A DNA stretch of 64,000 bases from Candidatus Omnitrophota bacterium (GTDB lineage: Bacteria; Omnitrophota; Gorgyraeia; Gygaellales; Profunditerraquicolaceae), in NCBI GenBank assembly GCA_043800555.1, contig JAZDMX010000015.1, forward strand, positions 19,218 to 83,217, read 5' to 3'. Position 1 is the first letter of the stretch; each line of letters opens with the position of its first letter. The position numbers and the translations under genes are program-made. This document shows, piece by piece, positions 30,002-41,177 of the stretch. The notes beneath the pieces are model-generated. The model was given only the letters and a program-made list of their open reading frames with translations, did no database searches and had not been told where the DNA came from.

Positions 30002-32002
<2,001 letters not shown>

Positions 32003-32275
32003 CTAAACTCTTACTCCGAAATCCTTAAATTCGCCTGTTGCGGGTAACCAACTTACGTCTATATCCTGAATATAGCGGCTAAAGATATTGTTTATCTGCG
32101 AAAGAAAACTTTTAAGGGTATCTTCGTTAGCTTCAACAACCAGCTCGACTCTCCCGTCGCTAAGATTACTCACCCACCCTAGCGCGCCCAACTCTTCGGC
32201 GATGCGCTCAACGGCAAAACGGAAGCCTATCCCCTGCACCTGCCCGGAATAATATACATGGGCCTGCTTTTTCAT
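32003..32275 (-). CDS. acyP: acylphosphatase
   Basis: 90 aa. The signature is V.G.VQGVxFR (YSGQVQGIGFRF) plus GWV.N motifs. Confidence 0.85.
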   Translation of the reverse strand: MKKQAHVYYSGQVQGIGFRFAVERIAEELGALGWVSNLSDGRVELVVEANEDTLKSFLSQINNIFSRYIQDIDVSWLPATGEFKDFGVRV

Positions 32276-32342
32276 AATCTTGGCCCTTAAGGGTTGTTGT
32301 TCTTAAGATACCCCCGCCTGGAATCTCTAAAATAATGGGAAG

Positions 32343-32420
32343 TGGTCGGGGCGAGTGGATTTGAACCACCGACCTCAGCGTCCCGAACGCTGCGCTCTAG
32401 CCAAGCTGAGCCACGCCCCG
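32343..32420 (-). tRNA. tRNA-Pro (anticodon CGG), CCA encoded
   Basis: Manual fold of the reverse complement: CGGGGCG-UG-GCUC-AGCUUGGCUA-GAGC-G-CAGCG-UUCGGGA-CGCUG-AGGUC-GGUGG-UUCAAAU-CCACU-CGCCCCG-A-CCA. The 7-bp acceptor, D, anticodon and T arms all pair. The anticodon loop is U33-CGG-G37. Confidence 0.9.
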
Positions 32421-32504
32421 TTGCAAAATAATATTTAGTTTAGTATATCAGAAATTAGATTAGCGTGCAATGGAAAAGGGACAGTCCTCTTAACTTCTTG
32501 GATT

Positions 32505-33086
32505 TTATAAAGCTAAATCCCTTTTCTTAGCGAGGAGGTCAAATTCCAAGTTGACCTTGTCAGACGGGCCCTTAAAGCTTAAGGTTGTATTCTTGAGCGT
32601 ATGCGGAATGACATAAACGCTAAAGGCATTCGATCTCCTGCTTGCGATAGTTAAGCTTATGCCATCTACGGCGATAGAGCCTTTAGGCAGGCAATATTTG
32701 ATAAATTCGGGCGGAATCGTTATTTCAAACGCCAAATTGCCCATAAAATATCCTTTTTTACGGATAATCCCCGGGCAATCAATATGCCCTAAGACAAAAT
32801 GCCCGGATACCCTATCGCCGACCCTAAGGCTGCGCTCAAGGTTTACCTTCTGGCCTATCTTCAGGCTGCCCAGATTGGTAACTTTCAGGGTTGCAGGAAT
32901 TACTTCGAAAATAAAGGAGCCTTCGTTGATCCCTGCGGCCGTAAGGCATGCTCCGTTTACGGCTATGCTATCGCCAATCTTGGCATCAGCCAAAGTAACC
33001 CCGGCGTTGATTTCGATAAGAACGGTGCTGGCCTGGCGGGAAATCCTCTTAATCAACCCGAATTCTTCCACTATGCCGGTAAACAT
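32505..33086 (-). CDS. ribE: riboflavin synthase (alpha chain)
   Basis: MFTGIVEE N-terminus with duplicated lumazine-binding repeats. 193 aa. Confidence 0.9.
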   Translation of the reverse strand: MFTGIVEEFGLIKRISRQASTVLIEINAGVTLADAKIGDSIAVNGACLTAAGINEGSFIFEVIPATLKVTNLGSLKIGQKVNLERSLRVGDRVSGHFVLGHIDCPGIIRKKGYFMGNLAFEITIPPEFIKYCLPKGSIAVDGISLTIASRRSNAFSVYVIPHTLKNTTLSFKGPSDKVNLEFDLLAKKRDLAL

Positions 33087-34177
33087 TACTTTACATATCC
33101 TTCGATCAGGAAATCTTCGCCAAAGCGCTTGAGGGTTATATCTTTTAATTTTAAAGCCCGCTCAACCCGCGATACGCCCTGGCCCATAACTGCGCCAATC
33201 GCATCCTTGCCTCCGATAATCCGGGGGCTTATGAAAAACATTATTTTATCCACCAATCCTTCATCGAATAGCGAACCGATAAGCATACCTCCACCCTCAA
33301 CCAGGATGCTAGTAATGCCCATACCCGCCAATTTCTTCATCAGATCCTTTAAATTGACCTGGCCTGACTTCTCTTTAATGTCTATAATATTCGCCTTGCT
33401 GCTTAGAATCTTCCTGTTTTCGGTTTCTTGCCCCAAAGGGCTTGCCAAAGTAGCGATAATCACAGGCTTTGGCCCGGAAAATACATTTACCTTCTCGGGC
33501 GTGCTTAACTGGCTATCTACAATGATTTTTAACGGCTGGGCTTTTGAGAACCAGGCGTCTAATTTAGGATTATCCCTTAAAACAGTATTTACGCCGACCA
33601 TAATCGCGTCAAAATCTCCGCGCGCCCGATGCGCGAAAGCCCGGGATTTATCCGAAGTTATCCATTTAGAATCTCCGGTCCTGGTCGCAATACGGCCATC
33701 CAATGACTCCGCGACTTTGACCGTAATAAAAGGGATTTTCCGGGTAATATGCTTAATGAACGCCTCATTTATCCGTTTTAATTTATCTTCCAGGAACCCA
33801 ATTTTAACTTTTATCTTATTCTGTTTAAGAATCTCAACGCCTTTACCGTTATTTAAAGGATTAGGGTCAAGCATCCCTATAATAACTTCCTTAACCCCGC
33901 TTTTAATGATCCGGGATACGCAGGGAGGGGTACGCCCAAAGTGGACGCACGGCTCTAAAGTGACGTAAAGAGTAGCTCCTTCTGCTTTATCCCCTGCTCC
34001 GTCCAGGGCCACGACTTCTGCGTGGGCCAAACCCGCTTTAGCGTGGAACCCCTTGCCTATGATATGGCCGCTTTTGACCACTACGCTTCCCACAATAGGA
34101 TTAGGAGAGGTCAATCCTTTTCCTTTTAAGGCCAACCTCATTGCCAGATCCATATAATATTCGTGCGCTTCCTTCAT
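33086..34177 (-). CDS. ribD: bifunctional diaminohydroxyphosphoribosylaminopyrimidine deaminase / 5-amino-6-(5-phosphoribosylamino)uracil reductase
   Basis: CMP/dCMP deaminase zinc motif HAE...PCxxC (HAEVVAL, EPCVHFGRTPPC). C-terminal RibD reductase domain. Confidence 0.95.
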   Translation of the reverse strand: MKEAHEYYMDLAMRLALKGKGLTSPNPIVGSVVVKSGHIIGKGFHAKAGLAHAEVVALDGAGDKAEGATLYVTLEPCVHFGRTPPCVSRIIKSGVKEVIIGMLDPNPLNNGKGVEILKQNKIKVKIGFLEDKLKRINEAFIKHITRKIPFITVKVAESLDGRIATRTGDSKWITSDKSRAFAHRARGDFDAIMVGVNTVLRDNPKLDAWFSKAQPLKIIVDSQLSTPEKVNVFSGPKPVIIATLASPLGQETENRKILSSKANIIDIKEKSGQVNLKDLMKKLAGMGITSILVEGGGMLIGSLFDEGLVDKIMFFISPRIIGGKDAIGAVMGQGVSRVERALKLKDITLKRFGEDFLIEGYVK

Positions 34178-34268
34178 CTTTTGCCTTCTTTCGTATTAAA
34201 CATAATGCCTATATGTACGCCCTTGGGCCTCGATATCTTAAATAAGGGATGCAGATAAGCTAAGGCGT

Positions 34269-35111
34269 TTATTTCAAATTCTCTTTTGCCTCTTTTAATT
34301 TCTCAACTAATTCATAAGGCACCCTGATTGTGCCTAAGCGCGCCTCGGATTTAGCCTTTCCGTGGCAATCAGAACCGCCGGTTACCAATAAATTATTCTT
34401 TTTAGCCAAATCCAAATAGAAATTGACCATTCCCTGCGAATGTTCCGGGTAATAAACTTCCAAGCCCATAAGCCCTAATTTTACTAAGTCTAAAATCAAC
34501 TCGTCATTCTTAAGAGAATAAGGATGCGCTAAAACAGGGATGCCTCCGGCGTCTTTAATTAACTTTATGGCCTCTTGAGGGTTAAAACGAAAGCCTAAAA
34601 CATAAGCCGGACCATTATCTCCGATATATTTCTGGAATACTTCAAATATTGAAGCGGCAAATCCTTCTTTTACCAAAGCCCGGGCAATATGTAGCCTCCC
34701 TACGGTACCATCGCCAGCTAACGCAAATACGCTCTGGGGATCCAGGTTTATTCCTAAACCGTTTAGCTTAGCGGCTATATTATATACGCGCTCAATGCGA
34801 TTACTTCTTAAAGACTCTAACTTCTCAAGGAGCGATTTTTTCTTATAATCGACCAGGTAGCCTAAAATATGGACTTCCCGGTTATTGTGTTCGGCGCTTA
34901 ATTCTATACCAGATAAAACCTCCAAACCGCTTTCTTCAGCCGCCTCAATCGATAAACCGACGCCGCCGACAGTATCATGGTCAACCACGGCAACGGCCGA
35001 TAAGCGTTTCTTTACCGCGCTGGCAACCAACTCTTCAGGCGTATAAGTTCCGTCTGAAAACAAGGTATGCAGGTGCAGATCCGCAAAGCGCTTTGAAGAC
35101 ATGAGGTTCAT
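34269..35111 (-). CDS. PHP-domain phosphoesterase, TrpH/YciV (RNase AM)-like
   Basis: PHP signature DLHLHTLFSDG...VVDHDT...EVHILGY...GGSDCHG. It is closest to the TrpH/YciV subgroup. It is embedded between nusB and ribD. Confidence 0.75.
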   Translation of the reverse strand: MNLMSSKRFADLHLHTLFSDGTYTPEELVASAVKKRLSAVAVVDHDTVGGVGLSIEAAEESGLEVLSGIELSAEHNNREVHILGYLVDYKKKSLLEKLESLRSNRIERVYNIAAKLNGLGINLDPQSVFALAGDGTVGRLHIARALVKEGFAASIFEVFQKYIGDNGPAYVLGFRFNPQEAIKLIKDAGGIPVLAHPYSLKNDELILDLVKLGLMGLEVYYPEHSQGMVNFYLDLAKKNNLLVTGGSDCHGKAKSEARLGTIRVPYELVEKLKEAKENLK

Positions 35112-35205
35112 CCGGCGGCTTCTCTCTTACCTGATATTATGCCTACATTGATACCCTTGGGGATTAAGGCTTGAAGAAACAATAAATATCCGGAAAATAA
35201 AGAAT

Positions 35206-35622
35206 TCATTTATTTTCCTCGAGTTTGACTTTATCCAATATGGCATTTACGAATTTACCGGATTCTGACCCGGAGAATTTCTTGGCCAACTCAACTGCTT
35301 CATTAATAGAGACCTTCGGCGGGATATCCCCGCGGAAAATAAGCTCGAAAACCCCCAGCCGCATTATGTTCCTGTCAACGACAGCCATCCTCTTAAGCTG
35401 CCAGTTAGCCGCAAACTGCACTATTCTTTTGTCGATTTCTTCCTGGTTCTGCACAACGCCCTCAACCAGCTCAAAAGAGAATTCTTTTAACCCGGCATCA
35501 ACCTCTTCATCTTTTCTATTGGACCAAAAATTATCCAACGCGTTTTCCGGAGTATCTCCGGTCATATCCAATTGATAAAGGACCTGCAGGGCGAATTCCC
35601 GGGCAAGCGTCCGTTTGCGCAT
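35206..35622 (-). CDS. nusB: transcription antitermination factor NusB
   Basis: 138 aa all-helical protein (AREFALQVLYQLDM...). It lies downstream of ribH as in many bacteria. Confidence 0.9.
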   Translation of the reverse strand: MRKRTLAREFALQVLYQLDMTGDTPENALDNFWSNRKDEEVDAGLKEFSFELVEGVVQNQEEIDKRIVQFAANWQLKRMAVVDRNIMRLGVFELIFRGDIPPKVSINEAVELAKKFSGSESGKFVNAILDKVKLEENK

Positions 35623-35623
35623 G

Positions 35624-36091
35624 CTATTTTATCCTTTCCAAAAGATTGGCCATTTCAATCGCTGACAGCGCGGCATCGCGGCCCTTATTTCCGTCTTTGG
35701 TGCCGGCGCGCTCAATTGCCTGCTCGATCGTGTCAGCAGTAATAACCCCAAATATAACCGGGATACCGCTGTCTTGAGAAACCCTGGCTACTCCTTTAGC
35801 TACTTCGGAAGCGACATAATCAAAATGCGGAGTGGCGCCGCGGATAACCGTCCCTAAACAAATCACGGCATCATAATTCTTGTTCTTGGCTAATTTTTGC
35901 GCTACTGCCGGGACCTCAAAGGCCCCGGGGACCCAAACCACCGTTAAATCCGATTCCCCCGCTCCATGCCTGATCAAAGTATCAAGGCATCCGGAAACCA
36001 GCTCTTTGGTCATAAAATTATTGAAACGCGAAGCCACAATCCCGAACTTCTTTCCTTTGGCGATTAAATCGCCTTCAATTACCCTTGCCAT
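35624..36091 (-). CDS. ribH: 6,7-dimethyl-8-ribityllumazine synthase
   Basis: MARVIEGDL...[14 protein letters not shown]...VWVPGAFE. I place the start at the ATG at 36091, which is preceded by AAAAAGGAGGAGCAAG. The track ORF starts 12 codons earlier at a TTG inside the palindrome. Confidence 0.93.
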   Translation of the reverse strand: MARVIEGDLIAKGKKFGIVASRFNNFMTKELVSGCLDTLIRHGAGESDLTVVWVPGAFEVPAVAQKLAKNKNYDAVICLGTVIRGATPHFDYVASEVAKGVARVSQDSGIPVIFGVITADTIEQAIERAGTKDGNKGRDAALSAIEMANLLERIK

Positions 36092-36106
36092 CTTGCTCCT
36101 CCTTTT

Positions 36107-36146
36107 TACCCTGACCAACAATTCCAATGCGGGTATGGAATTTCAG
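36107..36146. repeat. palindromic element CCCTGA-ccaacaa-TTCCAATGCGGGTATGGAA-tt-TCAGGG in the ribBA-ribH spacer
   Basis: A second copy of the TTCCAATGCGGGT(T/A)TGGAA motif seen at 13999-14041. Here it is nested inside a 6-bp outer stem. Confidence 0.7.
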
Positions 36147-36152
36147 GGTTTA

Positions 36153-37364
36153 CTATTTTATATTTAGATTATGGCCTAATTTCTCCTTCTTGGTTTTTAG
36201 ATAACGGTAGTTAGCCGGGTTCGGCTCAATCTCTAAGGCCAGGCGCTCGACAACATGCAAACCATAGCCCTCTAATCCGACGATCTTCCGCGGGTTATTC
36301 GTCAACAATCTTATATCCTTAACCCCCAAATCCACCAGAATTTGCGCGCCTATCCCATAATCACGCAGGTCGGCTTTATGCCCCAAAGCCTCATTTGCTT
36401 CAACAGTATCCATCCCCTTATCTTGCAAATTATAGGCCTTGATCTTCTCTGTTAAGCCTATTCCGCGGCCTTCTTGGCTCATATAGAGGAGAATGCCTTT
36501 GCCTTCTTTACCGATTAACTGCATACTTTTATCCAGTTGCCTTCCGCAATCACAACGTAATGACCCAAAGACGTCTCCGGTTAAACACTCCGAATGTACG
36601 CGCACTAAAACCGGCTCATCCTTCCAATGTCCCATGGTTAAAGCAAGGTGGACTTTGCCGTTAGTCAGGTCGCGATATAATATAAGCTTAAACTCGCCGA
36701 ACTCCGTCGGCAGCCTTGTCTCGGTAACATTTTCGACCAATTTCTCAAGCCTGCGGCGGTATTCAATAAGCCTAGCTATCGAACATATCTTCAAATTATG
36801 CCGTTTGGCAAATTCCAATAATTGCGCAAGGCGGGCCATTGAGCCATCATCATTCATTATTTCACAGATTACCCCCGCAGGGTACAACGAACCTAAGCGC
36901 ATAAGGTCTATCGTAGCTTCAGTGTGGCCTGCGCGCACCAATACGCCTCCCCGGGCCGCCCTTAAAGGAAAAAGATGCCCGGGCCGCCTGAGTCCTTCAG
37001 GGCCGGATGCGGGATTAATCAGGATTTCAATTGCCCGGGCACGGTCATGGGCGGATATCCCGGTAGTAACTCCTTTTGCCGCATCCACAGACATCATCCA
37101 GGCGGTAGCAAATGGATCTTCTTGGTTATGAGGCGCTTTATCCCTTAGCATTGGTTCTAAATTCAAGAACTTAAGCCTTTCCTCCTCCATTGGCACGCAA
37201 ATAAGCCCCCGGCCGAACCTTGCCATAAAGTTTATATGTTCCGGCTTGACAAACGAAGCAGGCATCAGCAGATCGCCTTCGTTCTCGCGGTCTTCATCAT
37301 CAACCACGATAACCATTCTTCCGTTTTTTAAATCCTCCAATATCTCCGGTATTGTATTAAACAT
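36153..37364 (-). CDS. ribBA: bifunctional 3,4-dihydroxy-2-butanone-4-phosphate synthase / GTP cyclohydrolase II
   Basis: N-terminal DHBP synthase (DDEDRENEGDL). C-terminal GTP cyclohydrolase II with CxC..C zinc site (ECLTGDVFGSLRCDCG). Confidence 0.95.
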   Translation of the reverse strand: MFNTIPEILEDLKNGRMVIVVDDEDRENEGDLLMPASFVKPEHINFMARFGRGLICVPMEEERLKFLNLEPMLRDKAPHNQEDPFATAWMMSVDAAKGVTTGISAHDRARAIEILINPASGPEGLRRPGHLFPLRAARGGVLVRAGHTEATIDLMRLGSLYPAGVICEIMNDDGSMARLAQLLEFAKRHNLKICSIARLIEYRRRLEKLVENVTETRLPTEFGEFKLILYRDLTNGKVHLALTMGHWKDEPVLVRVHSECLTGDVFGSLRCDCGRQLDKSMQLIGKEGKGILLYMSQEGRGIGLTEKIKAYNLQDKGMDTVEANEALGHKADLRDYGIGAQILVDLGVKDIRLLTNNPRKIVGLEGYGLHVVERLALEIEPNPANYRYLKTKKEKLGHNLNIK

Positions 37365-37454
37365 AACTGCCTGGGCTTACCCGGCGCTTATTTGAAATAC
37401 GAAGCTCTCTACGCAAATAAACGCTAGCTATCTGCCCCCTCCATAGGAAAAACT

Positions 37455-37488
37455 CAATAAAAAAATAGCCCGAAGAGAACCTTCGGGC
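37455..37488 (-). terminator. intrinsic terminator acting as the FMN-riboswitch expression platform
   Basis: On the minus strand: GCCCGAAGGUUCUCUUCGGGC followed by UAUUUUUUUAUU. It lies between the aptamer and the ribBA start. Confidence 0.75.
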
Positions 37489-37505
37489 ATAAAATAAATC
37501 CTGCG

Positions 37506-37708
37506 CATCTTCTTTCATCTGGACTTTGCGCTCCGGCTCAACCCAAACCATTCTATAGGTTTAGTTGCCGTTAGCTCCATCGGCTCCGGAAACTCTCGGA
37601 TCATGCCTCCTAGGGGAGGCTCGCGGGCTTTATGCTCAATCCTAATGCAAGGATAGGCACGCGCTCTCTGGCTACCGCCGGTCGGGAATTCCACCCTGCC
37701 CTGAAGAT
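37506..37708 (-). promoter_or_regulatory. FMN riboswitch (RFN element) aptamer
   Basis: The minus strand reads ...CAGGGCAGGGUGGAAUUCCCGACCGGCGGUAGCC...AAAGCCCGCGAGCC...CCGGAGCCGAUGGAGC...AAAGUCCAGAUGAAAGAAGAUG. This matches the conserved RFN blocks (GGGCAGGGUGAAAUUCCCGACCGGCGGUAG, AGCCCGUGAC, GAAGCCGACAGUGAAAGUCUGGAUGGGAGAAGGAUG) upstream of the rib operon. Confidence 0.85.
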
Positions 37709-37743
37709 TAATCTTAAAAAGAATTATAACATAAAATCTCGGC

Positions 37744-37771
37744 TTGTCAATAGCATTAAAAGAGGTATAAT
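37744..37771 (+). promoter_or_regulatory. sigma-70 type promoter (-35 TTGTCA, 16 nt, -10 TATAAT) for cinA-C/thpR
   Basis: Sequence: ggcTTGTCAatagcattaaaagaggTATAATtagtatataattATG. Both hexamers are near-consensus and sit 12 nt upstream of the ATG. Confidence 0.6.
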
Positions 37772-37783
37772 TAGTATATAATT

Positions 37784-38251
37784 ATGCAAAACCTTATAAA
37801 ACAATCACATCTGCGCCTGTTAGAGAGCAGGCGCACGATAGCAACTGCCGAATCCTGCACAGCGGGGCTGCTTTCTTATCTATTAACCCGATTTTCCGGC
37901 AGCTCCAGATTCTTTATCTTGGGGGTAACAGCCTACAGTAACCAAGCCAAAGAAACTATCCTGGGCATTCCGGCTTCGATTATCCGTGAAAATGGGGCGG
38001 TTTCCAGAAAAATAGCCTTTCTTATGGCAAAAAGTATAAGAAAACTGGCTAAAGCCGACTTTGGGATCGGCATTACCGGCATTGCCGGCCCCACCGGCGC
38101 CGTTCCTCAAAAACCCCTAGGCACAGTCTTCATCGCCATTTCCTCGAAAAATAGAAATCTCTGCAAGAAATTCGTCTTCCAGGGGGGCCGTAACCGCGTT
38201 AGAAAGCAAGCAGCGCTAAAAACATTACAATTATTAATAACATTTCTTTAA
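37784..38251 (+). CDS. CinA C-terminal domain protein (PncC-like NMN deamidase)
   Basis: 155 aa with the CinA_C signature ATAESCTAGLL...GVTAYSN. It lacks the MocF-like N-terminal domain. Confidence 0.85.
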   Translation: MQNLIKQSHLRLLESRRTIATAESCTAGLLSYLLTRFSGSSRFFILGVTAYSNQAKETILGIPASIIRENGAVSRKIAFLMAKSIRKLAKADFGIGITGIAGPTGAVPQKPLGTVFIAISSKNRNLCKKFVFQGGRNRVRKQAALKTLQLLITFL

Positions 38252-38299
38252 GGGCGCATATATGGCCGTAAAGAAAAAGGTCATCCCTATGCCATAAAT

Positions 38300-38872
38300 A
38301 TGCGGACATTTATTGCCATTGAGTTACCTGCGCAAATTAAAAATAAGCTCTCTGAATTACAGGAGCTCCTTAAGGAATCAAAAGCGGATGTAAAATGGAC
38401 CGAGCCTGCAAATATTCATATAACCCTGAAATTCCTGGGTGAAATCGACGAGGACGAATCCGTTAAGATTGCCGGAATTATCGAAGAGATGGCCCATAAA
38501 TCCAAACAGTTCCATATACGCCTGTTTTCTCTCGGCGCCTTCCCCAATATGGAACTTGGGCGGGTAATCTGGGTAGGAATTGATAAGGGCGATAACGAAA
38601 CTAAATCATTTGCCAAAAGATTAGACGCAAGCCTCGAAAAGCTGGGGATTCCCCAAGATAAACGGCCTTTTTCTTCTCATATAACTATTGGCAGGATAAA
38701 AAGCCCGCTGCATAAAGATAAACTGGCTAAAACCTTCAACGAACTAAAGGATTATTTTTGCGGCAAGAACATCGAATTTACCGTAAAGAAGATTACCTTA
38801 TTTAAAAGCGCGCCCGGTGCAAACGGCCCTATCTATGAAGCCCTCAAAGAGGCAAATATCGCTACTGCCTGA
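38300..38872 (+). CDS. thpR: RNA 2',3'-cyclic phosphodiesterase (2H phosphoesterase, LigT/ThpR)
   Basis: Two H-x-T/S-x motifs (HITLKFLGE and HITIGRIK) about 85 residues apart. 190 aa. The 3' end overlaps pgpA convergently by about 40 nt. Confidence 0.85.
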   Translation: MRTFIAIELPAQIKNKLSELQELLKESKADVKWTEPANIHITLKFLGEIDEDESVKIAGIIEEMAHKSKQFHIRLFSLGAFPNMELGRVIWVGIDKGDNETKSFAKRLDASLEKLGIPQDKRPFSSHITIGRIKSPLHKDKLAKTFNELKDYFCGKNIEFTVKKITLFKSAPGANGPIYEALKEANIATA

Positions 38873-39294
38873 AGAATGATATTCGTATAGACGCCTGCGG
38901 CAATATCATCCGACATAATACCAAAACTTCCCCGCATTCTCTCCAGCCTGCCGGCGGGAAACGGCTTAAGCGTATCCAGCGCTCGGAAGATGAAGAAAGC
39001 GATAATAACCAATTTGATATTGTATGGCAAGAATATGAGGCTTAAAAGCATGCCGCATACTTCATCAATCACTACGCAAGAATGATCCTTCTTTTGCATA
39101 AGCTCTTCTGCCCTGCCGCTAGCCAAAAAACCCAGGATTAATAGCGCGGCAAGCGTCAAACAATAGATGGTTACATTATTTCTCACCAGAAAATAAACGA
39201 TAATCCCGGCGAGACTTGCGGCGGTCCCGGGAACAAGCGGGAAATAACCTACGTAGAAAAATGTGCTGATAATCCTAACCAGGAATTTAGGCAT
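38833..39294 (-). CDS. pgpA: phosphatidylglycerophosphatase A
   Basis: 153 aa membrane protein with a PgpA-type N-terminus (FFYVGYFPLVPGTAASL). Confidence 0.85.
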   Translation of the reverse strand: MPKFLVRIISTFFYVGYFPLVPGTAASLAGIIVYFLVRNNVTIYCLTLAALLILGFLASGRAEELMQKKDHSCVVIDEVCGMLLSLIFLPYNIKLVIIAFFIFRALDTLKPFPAGRLERMRGSFGIMSDDIAAGVYTNIILQAVAIFASLRAS

Positions 39295-39873
39295 TTATAG
39301 TTTGGCGATAACCTTACGGTTTTCCCACAAGTAGGATAAACCGGAATAAAGCGTAAGCCCCACGGCAAGAAGCATCATTATATAAATACTTTTACGGAAG
39401 AATTCTTCCCAGACGGGGTTCCAGCTGGAGAATGTTTTAACTGATTCCTTCACCACGATAAAGCCTAAAATATAAAATATAACCGCCATCTGGGAAACAG
39501 TCTTATGCTTTCCGGCCCGGGCAGCCGAAAGAACTTTTCCTTTATTTAACGCAAATAACCTCAAAGACGTAATCAGGATCTCGCGTGATACGATAATCAC
39601 AAACATCCAGGCATAAATCAATTGTAACTGTAAAAACGCCGCAAACGCCGCCAAAACCAGGATCTTATCGGCAATCGGGTCCATTAGGCGACCAAAATCC
39701 GTAACCATATTCCTTTTATGCGCAATAAAACCGTCAAAATAATCCGAAAGCGCCGCGAGCATAAAAATGACCAATGCCCCTACCTTTGCCCACAAACCCT
39801 GCCATGATAAAACAACCATAAAAATGAAAGTAAGAAAAATCCTGAGCATCGTAATCCTGTTCGCTAAATTCAT
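39295..39873 (-). CDS. pgsA: CDP-diacylglycerol--glycerol-3-phosphate 3-phosphatidyltransferase
   Basis: CDP-alcohol phosphatidyltransferase motif D(G)xxAR...G...D...D (SDYFDGFIAHKRNMVTDFGRLMDPIADK). Confidence 0.9.
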   Translation of the reverse strand: MNLANRITMLRIFLTFIFMVVLSWQGLWAKVGALVIFMLAALSDYFDGFIAHKRNMVTDFGRLMDPIADKILVLAAFAAFLQLQLIYAWMFVIIVSREILITSLRLFALNKGKVLSAARAGKHKTVSQMAVIFYILGFIVVKESVKTFSSWNPVWEEFFRKSIYIMMLLAVGLTLYSGLSYLWENRKVIAKL

Positions 39874-41177
39874 TATTCTACCTCCCCGGCAAGATCGTAT
39901 TCTAAGGCCCCGTTAATTTTTACTTTTACAAATTCACCCGGCCGCAATTTCCGGGAAGATCTGACGTAAACCGATCCGTCGACTTCCGGAGCGTCAAATT
40001 GCGTGCGCCCTACATAATTACCATTATCCCCTTGGTCAATCAAAACTTCAAGAGTTTTCCCAAGAAACCTTTGATTGACCTGGCGCGATACATCCTGCTG
40101 CGCAAGCATAACCAAATCGAGGCGTTCCGATTTTATTTTCTCCGGCACCTGTTTCTTGAAATTGCAAGCCGGCGTGTTTTCTTCGGCCGAATAACTAAAC
40201 GCCCCCAGCCTTTCAAAGCCAGTTTCCTTTATAAACCTAAGTAGTTCTTTAAATTCTTTGTCTGTTTCCGAAGGAAAACCCACAATAATGGATGTACGTA
40301 AAGCTACCCGGGGGATAGCCTTCCTGAGCCTATCGATAACTTTCATAATTCCCTTTTTAGCGGCCCCTCTATTCATCAGTTTAAGGATCCGGTCGTTTAT
40401 ATGCTGCACCGGCAAGTCGATATATTTACAAACCTTGGGGTCGTTCTTAATTAAATCAAGCAGCTCGCCGGTAATCCGGTTAGGATTCAAATAGAGCAGG
40501 CGGATCCAACGGATATCTTTAGCTGTTTTAGATATTCGTTTGACCAGAGAAGCTAAGCCTGTTTTCTCCCTTAAATCCGCTCCATAAGCGGTTATGTCCT
40601 GGCCGATAATATTAAGTTCGGATAATTTCTGACGGTTAAAACATTTTACCTCATCGAGTATCAAGCCAGGCTCAAGGCTGACAAGTTTTCCTTTGATCTT
40701 TGGAATTATGCAAAAACTACAGGCATTCAGGCAACCTTCGCAGATCTTTAAGTAAGCAAAATGTTCCGGGGTAATGGGGAACCTTACAAAATCCTTATGC
40801 TTCGGGCAGGGGCCCGATTGAAGGAGGGATGCCGCCTTAGCTCCAGATCCCCTGGCATTAAGAGATATTTTCCCGATAAAGGCGTCGACTTCGGGAAGCT
40901 TCTTTCTTAAAACATCCTTATAACGCTCAACGAGGCATCCGTAAACAATAATCTTCTTTAACCTGCCTTCGCGCTTCAGCGCGATCAAATCCAGGATCGC
41001 CTCAATAGATTCTTTTTTTGCCTCGTCAATAAAAGCGCAGGTATTGATTACGGCGATATCCGCTTTATTTATATCAACTATGGAGTGCCCTTTTAAGCTA
41101 AGCCTGCCTAAAATACTCTCAGAATCTACCAGATTCCTCGGGCAGCCCAAACTCAGCATCCCGACCTTTGCTTTCAT
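39873..41177 (-). CDS. rimO: ribosomal protein S12 methylthiotransferase RimO (radical-SAM MTTase)
   Basis: The N-terminus ISLGCPKNLVDSE is RimO-like (here MLSLGCPRNLVDSE). Radical-SAM CxxxCxxC (CEGCLNACSFC). C-terminal TRAM domain. Confidence 0.85.
   Translation of the reverse strand: MKAKVGMLSLGCPRNLVDSESILGRLSLKGHSIVDINKADIAVINTCAFIDEAKKESIEAILDLIALKREGRLKKIIVYGCLVERYKDVLRKKLPEVDAFIGKISLNARGSGAKAASLLQSGPCPKHKDFVRFPITPEHFAYLKICEGCLNACSFCIIPKIKGKLVSLEPGLILDEVKCFNRQKLSELNIIGQDITAYGADLREKTGLASLVKRISKTAKDIRWIRLLYLNPNRITGELLDLIKNDPKVCKYIDLPVQHINDRILKLMNRGAAKKGIMKVIDRLRKAIPRVALRTSIIVGFPSETDKEFKELLRFIKETGFERLGAFSYSAEENTPACNFKKQVPEKIKSERLDLVMLAQQDVSRQVNQRFLGKTLEVLIDQGDNGNYVGRTQFDAPEVDGSVYVRSSRKLRPGEFVKVKINGALEYDLAGEVE

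Noticed and set aside
32799-33968. 389-aa plus-strand ORF
   Set aside because: It lies entirely antisense to ribD and ribE, which have clear signatures. The sequence is low-complexity and Pro/Ser-rich with no motifs, so it is a shadow ORF.
36493-37131. 212-aa plus-strand ORF
   Set aside because: It is antisense to ribBA. The composition is Ser/Arg-rich and it has no ribosome-binding site, so it is a shadow ORF.
37357-37551. 64-aa minus-strand ORF upstream of ribBA
   Set aside because: It overlaps the FMN riboswitch aptamer and terminator. Its reading frame runs through structured RNA, so it is not coding.
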